64,000 nt of DNA from Clostridiales bacterium (GCA_031289755.1 JAITOU010000023.1:102837-166836); one strand, 5' to 3'; shown: positions 47,310-58,117, counted from the first letter of the stretch. Made by a program: numbers and translations. Notes: a model not told the origin generated them from the letters alone.

Positions 47310-49979
47310 ATGTTAAAGGTATTCGGGTATTTCAAGCGATATTGGAAGCTTATCTTCCTGACGGCGTGTCTTGCGCTTGTTCAGGCTTATTGTGATTTGG
47401 AATTGCCGAAATATATGTCAAATATGATAAATATCGGTATACGGCAAAACGGTATAGACGATTGGCTGCCCGACGTTTTTAGCCAAAAGACCTTCGGCGA
47501 GATAAAGGTCTTTATCTCGGACGCCGACTACGGCGAGCTTCAAAACAAATACTATGTCGGCATAAACGCCGCTCACTCGGGCGGACGCATATCCGAGAAG
47601 GAATACGCTTCCTTAAAGAAAAAATACACCGCTCTCGAAGCGTCTGAGGTATATATACTCAAAACCTCCTTAAAGAGCGACTACTACAAGGGTGATTTGA
47701 ACGACGCCGATATCGAATACTTACGCGGAGTTTTAAAAGTCCCCGTTATCGTCTATGCGGTCTTTAACGAGATGTTTCCCGTGTCCGCCGTGCAGTTTTT
47801 GCAGAACAAGGAGTTTTTGGCTATCTTTTGGGCGGGGTTTGCGATAGGGGATTTTGTCATGACCGACCCGGGCGAAGGCTATCCCGGATATCAGGATTAT
47901 TTGGACGCGAAAGCGGTTTATGAAGCCGCACGCAACGACTATGTAATGGCGAATGACGACAAGTCCTTGACGGACTTTTTTGAAATGCTGTTGGGATACA
48001 GCCAAACGCCGCCGAGCGGAATAATCTCCGTTCCGTATTGCGTCAATGCAGGCTACGGCGAGAGAGACAAAAAAGCTTTTATGGAGTTTGTCGCGGCAAT
48101 TATCAGTAACGATACGCAGCACGACATGGACGACGCGACAAGGGCATTGCTCAGAGAAACGCTTCAAAACATAGGATATCCGCCCGACAGTGTGGACAGC
48201 ATTATCGAAATGGCTATCGGAACGAGCTTTAACGGTGTGGACAAAGAAATCACCGACTATATATTTGAGATGGGCAATGCGGAATACAAGGTTTATGAGT
48301 ATCAACGTGCCGGTGCGGACACGCATACCATTCAGATAAACTACGTCATCGAGAACGGACTTTTTATGCTGCTCTATACCTTGATAAGTATCGTGTCGGT
48401 TATCTTTATAGTCAAGCTGGCGGCGGCGGCGGCGGCAGGGATTGCGAGAGATTTGCGCCGCGATTTATTTAATAAGGTTCAGAGCTTTTCCAACGCCGAA
48501 TTTGACAAGTTTTCTACGGCGTCGCTCATCACGCGAACGACTAACGACGTCAATCAAGTATACACTCTCGGCTTCCTTTTGATAAAAAACGTCATTTATG
48601 CTCCGCTTGTCGTCGGGGGCGGACTTTATTATGTCAGCTCGGCTCTCGGAATCAACGCGAGAATGCTTTACATTATCTTTATAGCCATAGGCGTATTGGC
48701 GGTGGGTTCGGCGGCGTTGTTTTTTGTCGTCGTGCCAAAATTTAATATTATGCAAAAGCTTCTCGACAGAATGAATCTCGTCGCGAGAGAGAGACTCGGC
48801 GGAATCTTTGTCGTCAAAGCCAACGACAACGAGAGCTACGAAGAAGAGCGTTACGAAGAGGTCAACCGCAAAATCGCAAAGGTCAATCTCTTTGTCAACC
48901 GAATACTCGCTATCATTGCGCCTTTTATGATACTCTTTATGAATATTCTCGGCGTCGTCGTTATATGGTATACTATATACAGAGATTTGCTCATAACCGG
49001 CGCAATCCTGCCGGGAAGTCTGCTTGCCTTTATTCAATACATCGTGCAGATAATATCGGCGTTTATTATTGTGGCGTTGATATTTATCTTCCTGCCGAGA
49101 GCCGCCGTCGCCATGAAGCGAATCGCGGAGGTCTTGGCGGTCAAGCCGTCGGTCGCAGACCCCGAAAAGCCTGTGCCGCTCGGCGCGGACAAGTTTGACC
49201 TGCGGTTTGAAAACGTCGGCTTTAAATACGGCGCGGAAGATAACGAAGTTTTAAAAGACATTTCTTTTGATGTCAAGGCGGGCGAGGTGACCGCCGTAGT
49301 CGGCGCGACCGGCAGCGGCAAGACGACACTCATAAATCTCCTTTTGCGCTTCTACGACCCCACGGAAGGCGTCATATACGCAGGCGATACCGACATAAGG
49401 CTCGTCGCACAGGAAGAATACAGAAAAAGAATAGGATACGTTCCGCAGCAGCCCGTACTCTTTTCGGGAACGATAAGAGAGAATTTTTTGGCGGCGGACG
49501 AGAACGCTTCGACAGCGGATATGGACGGAGCGATAGAGATAGCGAGAGCGGAGGACTTTGTCAACGACAGAGAATTTAAAGGCGTGTACGACTCCGGCGT
49601 CACAGACCCCGACAAGTACGACGCCGTACTCAGCTCGGCGGGCAAGAACCTTTCGGGCGGTCAGAAGCAGAGATTGTCTATCGCGCGCGCCGTCGTCAGG
49701 AAGCCCGACATTTACATCTTTGACGATTCCTTTTCGGCTCTCGATTATGTCACGGAAGCAAGCCTTAGAGCCGAGCTTATAAGAGAAACAAAAAAGCGCG
49801 GCACGGGCGTCTTGATTGTTTCGCAGCGAATCGCGTCGGTCTTAAACGCCGACTCTATCGTCGTCTTGGGCGGCGGCAGGGTCATCGGGCGCGGAAATCA
49901 CAAACAGCTTATGAAGGATTGCACGGAATACAGAGAAATAGCCGCGTCGCAGCTGCCAAAGGAGGAGCTTGGCATATGA
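47310..49979 (+). CDS. ABC exporter permease/ATPase fusion with a ~300-aa insertion after TM1
   Basis: 889 aa. Contains GATGSGKTTL, LSGGQKQR and IYIFDD. TM1 lies near residues 13-35, and the next canonical TM begins near residue 345. Confidence 0.9.
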   Translation: MLKVFGYFKRYWKLIFLTACLALVQAYCDLELPKYMSNMINIGIRQNGIDDWLPDVFSQKTFGEIKVFISDADYGELQNKYYVGINAAHSGGRISEKEYASLKKKYTALEASEVYILKTSLKSDYYKGDLNDADIEYLRGVLKVPVIVYAVFNEMFPVSAVQFLQNKEFLAIFWAGFAIGDFVMTDPGEGYPGYQDYLDAKAVYEAARNDYVMANDDKSLTDFFEMLLGYSQTPPSGIISVPYCVNAGYGERDKKAFMEFVAAIISNDTQHDMDDATRALLRETLQNIGYPPDSVDSIIEMAIGTSFNGVDKEITDYIFEMGNAEYKVYEYQRAGADTHTIQINYVIENGLFMLLYTLISIVSVIFIVKLAAAAAAGIARDLRRDLFNKVQSFSNAEFDKFSTASLITRTTNDVNQVYTLGFLLIKNVIYAPLVVGGGLYYVSSALGINARMLYIIFIAIGVLAVGSAALFFVVVPKFNIMQKLLDRMNLVARERLGGIFVVKANDNESYEEERYEEVNRKIAKVNLFVNRILAIIAPFMILFMNILGVVVIWYTIYRDLLITGAILPGSLLAFIQYIVQIISAFIIVALIFIFLPRAAVAMKRIAEVLAVKPSVADPEKPVPLGADKFDLRFENVGFKYGAEDNEVLKDISFDVKAGEVTAVVGATGSGKTTLINLLLRFYDPTEGVIYAGDTDIRLVAQEEYRKRIGYVPQQPVLFSGTIRENFLAADENASTADMDGAIEIARAEDFVNDREFKGVYDSGVTDPDKYDAVLSSAGKNLSGGQKQRLSIARAVVRKPDIYIFDDSFSALDYVTEASLRAELIRETKKRGTGVLIVSQRIASVLNADSIVVLGGGRVIGRGNHKQLMKDCTEYREIAASQLPKEELGI

Positions 49980-51874
49980 GCGGAGAAAACAGACAGCCTG
50001 GAAATAACGTTTCGTCGGGACTAAAAAGCGATACCGGCAAGGGTACGGAGATTGTAGGCGGCTACGGCAAAATCGCCTCCGAAGGCTTGCTTCTTACCGA
50101 CAAGCCCTTAGAATTTAAAAAGACCTTTTTTCAGCTTATCAAGAGCCTTTCGCTGTATAAATATCTGATAATCGTCGCGTCGGTTTTTGCGGTGACGAGT
50201 ACGGTTTTTGTCATATTCGGACCTATGCTTATGGCGGAGCTTACCGATATGATATTCAACGGCGTGACCGACCTGCTTTTTAACGGCAACGGCATAGACA
50301 AAACGGCGATATACTTAAAGCTTTTGCAGCTCTTTTTTCTCTACCTTATAAGCTCGTTGTTTATGTATGCGCAGGGCTTTATCATGGCTTCGGTCGCTCA
50401 AAAGGTGTCGCTCAAAATGCGCGGCGATATCAACAAAAAAATCAGCAGGCTTCCCGTCGCTTATTTTGACAAGCATTCTCACGGCGACGTTCTGTCGAGA
50501 ATAACAAACGACGTCGATACGGTGGGGAATACTCTCAATCAAGGCTTGACGCAGATTATTACGGCGGTAAGCACGATAATCGGCATAGCGGTAATGCTGT
50601 TTACTATCAGCGTTCCGCTGGCTTTGACCGTGATAGCGATATTGCCGCTTTCTTATATAATAATAGCGGTCATAGCCAAAAAATCCCAAAAGCATTTTCG
50701 CGAACAGCAAAACTATCTCGGAGCGGCAAACGGCAGTATCGAAGAAATGTACGGCGGTCACAGCGTAGTCAAAGCCTTCGGCATGGAAAAAAGAAGCGCG
50801 GAAAAATTTAAGGCGGTCAACGAAAAGCTTTACGGCGCGTCCAAAAAAGCGCAGACTATATCGGGCTTCATCGACCCGTTTATAGTCTTTGTCGGCAATC
50901 TCGGCTATGTCGCCGTCATAGTCTTCGGCGCATATCTTAGCATAGCCGGAGCTATTTCGCCCGGAGAGCTTTATGCCTGTATCCAATACGTCAAATCCTT
51001 CACCTTGCCGATAAACCAAACGGCTCAGATATCCAACGTCATTCAATCGACCGTCGCGGCGGCGGAACGCATATACGTCTTTTTGGACAGCACGGAGGAA
51101 ACACGCCCCGAAGAGCCGCAAAAAATGCCCGAAGCCGCAGACATCAGGGGCGATATAAGGTTTGAAAACGTGTCGTTTGCTTACGAAGAAAATGTACCCG
51201 TCATCAATAATCTCAATCTCGACATCGCTTCGGGCAGCCGCGTCGCCATAGTCGGCAAAACCGGCTCGGGCAAGACGACGGTCATCAAATTACTCATGCG
51301 CTTTTATGACCCGAAGACGGGGCGCGTACTCTTAGACGGCGCGGACATAGCTCTGTACGACAAGAAGGAATACAGAGAGAATATCGCAATGGTGCTTCAA
51401 GACACATGGCTCTTTAACGGCTCGATAAAGGAAAATATCCGCTACGGCAGACGCTCCGCGACCGACGAAGAGGTCAAGGAAGCCGCCGTCGCGGCCGGCG
51501 CGGACAGATTTATATCGGCGATGAAGGACGGCTACGACTCGCTGATAAACGAAGAAGCGGACAACCTTTCGGAGGGCGAGAAGCAGCTTCTCTCTATCGC
51601 GCGCGCAGTCATCAAAAAGAGCCGTATCATCATACTCGACGAAGCTACGTCGTCTATCGATACCCTTACCGAAAGAATAGTGCAGGACGCCGTAGAAAAA
51701 ATCACAAAGGACAAGACCTGCTTTGTCATAGCGCACCGCTTGTCAACGATTATCAATTCAGACCTTATACTCGTCATGCAGGACGGCGAGCTTGCGGAGT
51801 CGGGAACGCATACCGAGCTTCTCTCAAAGAGAGGTCTGTATGCCGAGATGTACAATACGCAATTTTCCAAATAA
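49976..51874 (+). CDS. ABC exporter permease/ATPase fusion (partner subunit)
   Basis: The ATG at 49976 overlaps the upstream stop (ATGA), after AGGAGG. Contains GKTGSGKTTV, LSEGEKQLL and IIILDEATS. Confidence 0.92.
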   Translation: MSGENRQPGNNVSSGLKSDTGKGTEIVGGYGKIASEGLLLTDKPLEFKKTFFQLIKSLSLYKYLIIVASVFAVTSTVFVIFGPMLMAELTDMIFNGVTDLLFNGNGIDKTAIYLKLLQLFFLYLISSLFMYAQGFIMASVAQKVSLKMRGDINKKISRLPVAYFDKHSHGDVLSRITNDVDTVGNTLNQGLTQIITAVSTIIGIAVMLFTISVPLALTVIAILPLSYIIIAVIAKKSQKHFREQQNYLGAANGSIEEMYGGHSVVKAFGMEKRSAEKFKAVNEKLYGASKKAQTISGFIDPFIVFVGNLGYVAVIVFGAYLSIAGAISPGELYACIQYVKSFTLPINQTAQISNVIQSTVAAAERIYVFLDSTEETRPEEPQKMPEAADIRGDIRFENVSFAYEENVPVINNLNLDIASGSRVAIVGKTGSGKTTVIKLLMRFYDPKTGRVLLDGADIALYDKKEYRENIAMVLQDTWLFNGSIKENIRYGRRSATDEEVKEAAVAAGADRFISAMKDGYDSLINEEADNLSEGEKQLLSIARAVIKKSRIIILDEATSSIDTLTERIVQDAVEKITKDKTCFVIAHRLSTIINSDLILVMQDGELAESGTHTELLSKRGLYAEMYNTQFSK

Positions 51875-51953
51875 AAAACGGCGTTTAGGTTTTGTGACAG
51901 GTCTAATATTAAATAAATAATACCAAAAAAATAAAATACAGACGGTGAAAATT

Positions 51954-53423
51954 ATGTCGGATACGATAGCGGAAACAAAATACGGAAAGCTCGACGGCTC
52001 TCTCGAAAAAGGCGTCTATATATGGCGCGGAATCCCTTATGCGCAGACGCCGGAGCGGTTTAAAACGGCAAAGGAATGCTTACCCTTTGAAGGGGTGAGA
52101 GAAGCCAAAAAATTCGGCGGTATCTGTCCGCAGGTCGCGTCGCTAATCAAGGAAGGTCAGACCGAATCGGAGGATTGTCTGTATCTCAACGTCTATTCTC
52201 CCGACAAGAACGGCAAGGCTCCCGTGTTGTTGTTTATACACGGCGGCGCATTTGTCTTCGGCTCCGGTTCGACCTTTGTGTACGACGGTTCGGCACTCGC
52301 GGCAAAGGGCGTGGTCGTTGTCACTATCAACTACCGCTTCGGACCTTTCGGAAATTTTAATTTTTCTTTTTTGAACGACGGAAGCGAAACGGACGGCGGC
52401 TTTGCGTCGAATATCGTTTTGCACGACCAAGCGACGGCTCTCAAATGGGTCTATGAAAACATCTCCGCTTTCGGCGGCGACCCCGATAACATAACGCTCA
52501 GCGGTCAGTCGGCTGGCGCGATATCGGTTATGGGGCTTATAAATGCGCCGTCGGTCGCGGCATATTACAATAAAGCCGTGATACTTTCGGTCTTTCCCGG
52601 AATGTTTATGACGAACGATGAGAGTATTGCCGCCGCTAAGAGATTTATGGAATATCTCGGCGTTTCAACAAAGGAAGAGCTTGCGGCATATCCGGCTAAG
52701 AAGCTCACCAAAAAAACGGGTAAATATATGCTGTCATCGGGACACCTTTGGGGAACGCAGGAAATCAGACTCGTAGCCGACGGAGAGTTTTTGCCCGAAC
52801 TGCCGATGGTATCGGCAAGAAAAGGCAATGACAGTCATGTACCGATACTCTTCGGAACGACGGACAACGAAGCCGACGTGATTTTCGGCTTGCCGTTTAT
52901 CAAAAAAGAAGCCTACAAAGAGATAGCTTATATGAAGCAATACAACAAGGACATACTTCCGATTATAGAGACGCGCTATACCGATAAAAAGAATCTCAAA
53001 AAAATCGGAACGGACTTTCAAGTCAAAGCTCCGACCGAAGCTTACGCGCTGGCGCACGCAAAGCACGCGCCTGTTTGGTTATACCGTTTTTGCTATGCGC
53101 CCGTCCTGCTCAACGTGACGGGCGTACACGCGGTACACGCTTTTGACTTACTCTTCCTTTTTAATACATACAATAAAAAAATCTCACGTTTGCTCTTTCC
53201 GTTTTCGTCGGACAAAAAGCGTGCGGCGGCTCTCGCCGAACGTTACCAAAACGACATGATAGAGTTTTTTAAAACCGGCGCTTGCACTTGGGGAGCTTTT
53301 GACGGAGAATATACTACAAAGCTCTACGGCTCAAAAACCGGCGGCACGGAGGACGAAGTGGAAACGAGCGTAGAAAAGGACAAGGAAGATTGGGTGCGGT
53401 ATTTTGCAAATACCGTCAAATGA
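51954..53423 (+). CDS. Type-B carboxylesterase/lipase
   Basis: Contains HGGAFVFGSG and GQSAGA (GxSxG). About 490 aa. Confidence 0.9.
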   Translation: MSDTIAETKYGKLDGSLEKGVYIWRGIPYAQTPERFKTAKECLPFEGVREAKKFGGICPQVASLIKEGQTESEDCLYLNVYSPDKNGKAPVLLFIHGGAFVFGSGSTFVYDGSALAAKGVVVVTINYRFGPFGNFNFSFLNDGSETDGGFASNIVLHDQATALKWVYENISAFGGDPDNITLSGQSAGAISVMGLINAPSVAAYYNKAVILSVFPGMFMTNDESIAAAKRFMEYLGVSTKEELAAYPAKKLTKKTGKYMLSSGHLWGTQEIRLVADGEFLPELPMVSARKGNDSHVPILFGTTDNEADVIFGLPFIKKEAYKEIAYMKQYNKDILPIIETRYTDKKNLKKIGTDFQVKAPTEAYALAHAKHAPVWLYRFCYAPVLLNVTGVHAVHAFDLLFLFNTYNKKISRLLFPFSSDKKRAAALAERYQNDMIEFFKTGACTWGAFDGEYTTKLYGSKTGGTEDEVETSVEKDKEDWVRYFANTVK

Positions 53424-53474
53424 CGCCCGTTAAAAACGGTCGGAAATTTTAAAAAGCGAGATAAAATTTAATAG

Positions 53475-53519
53475 AAAAAAATGAGTAAATCCGGCAACGA
53501 AGATTTACTCATTTTTTTT
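53475..53519 (+). terminator. Bidirectional-type terminator after the esterase gene
   Basis: AATGAGTAAAT...ATTTACTCATT, flanked by A7 and T8. Confidence 0.85.
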
Positions 53520-53560
53520 ATTTTACCGCATAGATTTATAGCGGCGGAAATTATTTGCTT

Positions 53561-54424
53561 ATGATAACAAAGCTTTTGAATAAGAGAATTTGCGACTGTA
53601 TAATAAAAAGCGGTAAAAAGCCGCGTGAGCTTTTTGAAATCCGTTTGAGAACGGGCAGACCTTTGGTCGTATGCGACAGATACGGCAGTCATATCGTCAA
53701 GGATAGCGTGCTTAACGGACGCAGCTACATAACCGCCGCCGAAGATATAGAATATACGCTCGGCGTAGCTTCGGGGCATTCGGTATACGCGGTATCCGAA
53801 CAATTATTAAACGGTTATATTTCCTTTGACGGCGGAATAAGAATAGGAGTGGCGGGAGAGGGCGTAGTGGACGGCGGCAAGCTCACCGCGCTCAAAAATA
53901 TCAGCAGTCTGAATATCCGCATACCCCACGAGGTCAAGGGGTGCGCGGACGGTATCAAATACATCGTCAGCGGCGGTCTGAAAAACATACTCATCTTGTC
54001 GCCGCCGGGAGCCGGCAAAACGACCTTGCTCAGAGAATTGACCAGATTGTATTCGGACAAAGCGTACAATATACTGCTCATAGACGAGAGAAACGAGATA
54101 GCCGCCGTCGCCGAAGGGCGCGGCGCGCTCGACACGGGAGAATTTACCGACATTATGTCGGGCATAGGCAAGCATATCGTATACGGCAACGTGATACGCT
54201 CTATGCGCCCCGACATGATAGTCACGGACGAGCTTTTCGGAGCGGAAGATGTGGAGAGTATACGCGATATTATACGTTCGGGAGTGCGCGTCATGGCTTC
54301 GCTTCACGCGGCGAGCTTAGATGCGATAAAGGATACGGTCTTCGGTAAATTACTCGGAATTTTCGATTATTATATATTACTCGAATCGCCCGGCGTCATG
54401 AGGGTTGTTTCGCCGCCGCCGTAA
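53561..54424 (+). CDS. spoIIIAA: Stage III sporulation protein AA (ATPase)
   Basis: Contains EIRLRTGRPL, NIRIPHEVKG and the Walker A motif PPGAGKTTLLRE. First gene of an eight-gene spoIIIA layout. Confidence 0.9.
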   Translation: MITKLLNKRICDCIIKSGKKPRELFEIRLRTGRPLVVCDRYGSHIVKDSVLNGRSYITAAEDIEYTLGVASGHSVYAVSEQLLNGYISFDGGIRIGVAGEGVVDGGKLTALKNISSLNIRIPHEVKGCADGIKYIVSGGLKNILILSPPGAGKTTLLRELTRLYSDKAYNILLIDERNEIAAVAEGRGALDTGEFTDIMSGIGKHIVYGNVIRSMRPDMIVTDELFGAEDVESIRDIIRSGVRVMASLHAASLDAIKDTVFGKLLGIFDYYILLESPGVMRVVSPPP

Positions 54425-54545
54425 GCGTCAAAAAAAGATGCGCGAGAGAAATTGCCTGAAAAAGAGAAACGAAGCCGTAGCTTTACTTAACGCCGTCAGA
54501 TTTGCGGTGAAGCTCACTCGGCGGCTTTGAACGGGGGTACGGATT

Positions 54546-55049
54546 ATGCTTTCTTTGATTGCCGGAGCTTTTCTCTTTATCGGCTGTCTGTACGGCGGCG
54601 CGGGAATAAAACACTATTACAAGGTCAGGGCGGAGTACTTTGAAGAAATCAACAACCTTTGCAATATGCTTATAGACGAGATAACGCATCTCAAAACACC
54701 CCTTATCAAAATCTTTGAAAATTTTACTTACATGAAAAAAGACGAATTTTCAAAGCATATAAACGCTTTTTCGGAGCTGTTAAGGAGAGAAGTGATAGCC
54801 GAAAGAGCAAGCTTGCTCGCGATAACCGACACGGTATATCTCAAAAAAGAAGAGAGAACTATAATAGCGGATTTTTTGTCGCTGCTCGGCAAAAGCCATT
54901 CAGAATCGCAGGTAATAAATATAAAGCATTACAAAAACAAATTCGAGGAAATAAGCTTAAAAGCCAAGGAAGCCTACAAGGTTCAGGGAACGCTCGCTTA
55001 TAAGCTGGGTATATTGTTGGGAATAGCCTTGATGATAATCACGATATAA
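54546..55049 (+). CDS. spoIIIAB: Stage III sporulation protein AB
   Basis: 167 aa with terminal TM segments. Position and size match. Confidence 0.8.
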   Translation: MLSLIAGAFLFIGCLYGGAGIKHYYKVRAEYFEEINNLCNMLIDEITHLKTPLIKIFENFTYMKKDEFSKHINAFSELLRREVIAERASLLAITDTVYLKKEERTIIADFLSLLGKSHSESQVINIKHYKNKFEEISLKAKEAYKVQGTLAYKLGILLGIALMIITI

Positions 55050-55136
55050 AGACGGGCTGCCGCCCCCTGCAAAACATTGTAAAGCCTTGACGGTAATCAC
55101 GGTATAGAGCCGCACACTTCATAAGGAGATTGAGTT

Positions 55137-55334
55137 ATGAACATAGACGTTATTTTAAAAATAGCCGGAGTTGGGATATTGACCGCCGTTATCAACATAG
55201 TGCTAAAAAAAAGCGACAAGGACGAAATCGCCACCTTTACGACGCTCGCCGGCTTGATAATAGTCATCCTTATGGTCATAGATATGATAGGGGGCTTGTT
55301 CGACAGCGTAAAGTCTATTTTCAGGCTGTACTGA
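55137..55334 (+). CDS. spoIIIAC: Stage III sporulation protein AC
   Basis: 65 aa. MNIDVILKIAGVGILTAV matches the SpoIIIAC pattern. Confidence 0.85.
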   Translation: MNIDVILKIAGVGILTAVINIVLKKSDKDEIATFTTLAGLIIVILMVIDMIGGLFDSVKSIFRLY

Positions 55335-55376
55335 AAAAATTTTTGATAAAAAGGCGCGGCAATAAAAGGGTGTTTC

Positions 55377-55763
55377 ATGGACGTATTTAAAATAATCGGC
55401 GTCGGAATAATCGGTGCGGTTATAAGCGTTTTTTTAAAGGACGGCAAGCCGGAATTTGTAATCTTTACGGTTATGGCGACCGGAATAATAATATTGATAT
55501 TTATACTGCATTCTCTGACCGATGTGATAGACGCCTTTAATTCCATAGTCATCAAGACGAATATCGACGAAAAATTGTTTTCGGGAATACTCAAAATAAT
55601 CGGTATCGGCTATATAACGGAATACTCGTCCGAGATATGCAGCGATATGAATTGCGGTTCGATATCGAGCAAGATACAGTTAGCCGGAAAAATCACGATA
55701 TTTCTCATGGCTCTGCCCGTCATGACGGCATTTATAGATATAATCTCCGGGCTTGCCGGATAA
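55377..55763 (+). CDS. spoIIIAD: Stage III sporulation protein AD
   Basis: 128 aa. Contains IIGVGIIGAV. Four TM segments. Synteny supports the call. Confidence 0.85.
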   Translation: MDVFKIIGVGIIGAVISVFLKDGKPEFVIFTVMATGIIILIFILHSLTDVIDAFNSIVIKTNIDEKLFSGILKIIGIGYITEYSSEICSDMNCGSISSKIQLAGKITIFLMALPVMTAFIDIISGLAG

Positions 55764-55828
55764 GAAAGGAAGCACCGTACAAAAGGATAGCTTTCAGGCA
55801 AGCTTTCCCGACGGATTTTGAGGTGAAG

Positions 55829-57013
55829 ATGCGTTACAGACGTATTATTATTCTCTTTTGCGTATGCGCCGCTTTTTTTTTGACGGTCATGCTTCCGACC
55901 GCGTACGCGGAGGAGCGAACGAGAGAGCAATCGCCGGAGGATGAGCTTGAAGAGAATACGGACAATCAACTTGACGGGCTGGATTTGTCCGAGCTTGACA
56001 GATTTATAAGCTCTCTCGACGACCGGTTTATCAGCGTCGGCGTCAAGGAATATATCAAAAAAATTATCAACGGCGAATTTGGAAACGGACCGGAGGTTTT
56101 TTTTAAAATATCGGCGGACATAGCCTTTAAAAACGCCGTATCGTTAGCTCCGATGATGATAGCTATCGTCATTATCTGTCTTTTGAGCGGCTTTGTTTCG
56201 GGCATAACGTCGGATTTTTTAAAGAAATCTACGCGTGAGATAATATTTTTTGTCTGCTACGCTCTTATCATAGTCATACTTTTGACGCAGGTCACGGCAT
56301 ATATCGGGAGCGTCAAGGGCTTGCTGAATAATCTCACGCGGCTGATGAATATAATATTTCCTATCTTGCTCACGCTCATGAGCGCGCTCGGCTCGGCGGT
56401 CAGCGCGGCATCCTATCAGCCGCTTATGGCGACTCTCGCTGTGACCGTCATAACCGTTATAAACAGCGTCGTTTTGCCGCTTTTTACGGCGACGATATTG
56501 TTTTCGATTATAGGGAATATGTCCGAGACGGTCAAATTAGACGGTTTCAGAAGCTTTTTTAAGACGGCGGCAAATTGGCTTTTGGGGGCGATGTTCACTC
56601 TCTTTATGCTCTTTGTGACGGTCGAAGGCATAACCGGCGCGGCTCTCGACAACGTAACTATCAATGCCGTCAAATTTGCGCTGTCGAGCTATGTGCCTGT
56701 ACTCGGCGGATATTTGTCGGACGGCTTTGACCTGATGCTCGGAAGCCTTGTGCTTATCAAAAACGCTTTGGGCTTTACGGGAATTATGATATTGCTCTCC
56801 GTATTGCTGTCGCCGATAATCAAAATAGCCGTCTTTATACTTGCGCTCAAACTGACTGCGGCGATAGCCGAGCCTATCGCGGACAAGCGCATTTCAAAAA
56901 TGATATCGGGTCTGGCGTCAAATATGAAGCTCTTGGCGGCGGCGGTTATCGGCGTCGGCTTTATGTTCTTTTTGACGATAATGCTCGTCATAATGACGGC
57001 GAACGTGTTTTGA
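55829..57013 (+). CDS. spoIIIAE: Stage III sporulation protein AE
   Basis: The ATG at 55829 follows GAGGTGAAG (signal-like MRYRRIIILFCVCAAFF). The track's 55637 start overlaps spoIIIAD. Polytopic protein. Confidence 0.88.
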   Translation: MRYRRIIILFCVCAAFFLTVMLPTAYAEERTREQSPEDELEENTDNQLDGLDLSELDRFISSLDDRFISVGVKEYIKKIINGEFGNGPEVFFKISADIAFKNAVSLAPMMIAIVIICLLSGFVSGITSDFLKKSTREIIFFVCYALIIVILLTQVTAYIGSVKGLLNNLTRLMNIIFPILLTLMSALGSAVSAASYQPLMATLAVTVITVINSVVLPLFTATILFSIIGNMSETVKLDGFRSFFKTAANWLLGAMFTLFMLFVTVEGITGAALDNVTINAVKFALSSYVPVLGGYLSDGFDLMLGSLVLIKNALGFTGIMILLSVLLSPIIKIAVFILALKLTAAIAEPIADKRISKMISGLASNMKLLAAAVIGVGFMFFLTIMLVIMTANVF

Positions 57014-57053
57014 GAAGCGGACGGCGGCTTATTAGATAAACGGAGAGGAATAT

Positions 57054-57539
57054 ATGCTTTCTTGGATTATTTCAATAGCCGGGATTATGGTCTTGACGGT
57101 TCTTTTGGACATCATACTGCCCGAAGGACAGACAAATAAATACATCAAGGGTATTTTTTCGGTCATAGTCGTCATAGTCGTCATAACGCCCTTTGCCGAC
57201 ATCTTCAAAAACGGTATCGATATAAACAAGCTCTTTGACTTTTCTTCAAATCAATACGCCGTCGACAATAACTATATAAATTCGGTCTACGCAGGCATGG
57301 AAAAAAGGGAAGAGACGCGTATCAAGGACGACCTTAAAGCAGACGGGATAATGATAGAAAGAGCCGACATTATCTTAGACGCCGCCGACAAAAAGAAAAT
57401 CGTACGCATAAATATTTTTTTTAAACAATCGGTATTTGACGGAATACCCGCGCATATAAATATTAGCGACACGATAAAAACACGCTTATCGGAGCGTTAC
57501 AGATTAAAGAAGGAGGACATCAGGATATTGATATGGTAA
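57054..57539 (+). CDS. spoIIIAF: Stage III sporulation protein AF
   Basis: 161 aa with two N-terminal TM segments (LLDIILPEG...KYIKG). Synteny supports the call. Confidence 0.75.
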   Translation: MLSWIISIAGIMVLTVLLDIILPEGQTNKYIKGIFSVIVVIVVITPFADIFKNGIDINKLFDFSSNQYAVDNNYINSVYAGMEKREETRIKDDLKADGIMIERADIILDAADKKKIVRINIFFKQSVFDGIPAHINISDTIKTRLSERYRLKKEDIRILIW

Positions 57540-58117
57540 ATCAGCTTGTGGACAAAAAGCAGCATGAGTTAGGCGAAACGACAGGTCGGCAGGTCTCCGT
57601 ATTGCACAGCCTTTACGACAAAATAAAATCGATAAAGCACATAAAAATAATAGCTATCGCACTCGCCGGCGCACTCGCGCTCTTGATATTTGCGGCGGCA
57701 ATGCCCTTAGGCAAAGCGGCTGCGGCAAGCGACCCTATGAGAGAGTTAGAAGCGCGTCTTGCCGTCATGCTGTCGGGGATAGAAGGGGCTGGAAAGGTAG
57801 AGGTCATGATAATGTTCGACGGGGGAATGGGTAAGGAAATAGCTTATACGACCGAAGTCACGACAAACAAGGTGACCGACGCAAACGGCAATTATATCAG
57901 CGAGGACACTATCGAGAGCAGCACGCCTGTCATGGTCAACGAAAACGGTCAGTCTAAGCCGATAGTGCTAAAAGAGCTTTTGCCGGATATATTGGGAGTC
58001 ATGATAGTGGCGGAAGGCGCAAAGGACGTCGGCGTCCGAATGGAGCTTATGCGCGCTTCGTCAAAAATATTAAATGTCAATTCTAATATAATAGAAATTT
58101 TCACAAAGCAAAAATAA
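57533..58117 (+). CDS. spoIIIAG: Stage III sporulation protein AG
   Basis: 194 aa. One TM, then GAGKVEVMIMF. Synteny supports the call. Confidence 0.8.
   Translation: MVNQLVDKKQHELGETTGRQVSVLHSLYDKIKSIKHIKIIAIALAGALALLIFAAAMPLGKAAAASDPMRELEARLAVMLSGIEGAGKVEVMIMFDGGMGKEIAYTTEVTTNKVTDANGNYISEDTIESSTPVMVNENGQSKPIVLKELLPDILGVMIVAEGAKDVGVRMELMRASSKILNVNSNIIEIFTKQK

Noticed and set aside
55637-55828. 64-aa N-terminal extension of SpoIIIAE overlapping spoIIIAD
   Set aside because: The extension overlaps the spoIIIAD coding frame and is not signal-like. The ATG at 55829 has GAGGTGAAG and starts with a typical signal/TM segment.
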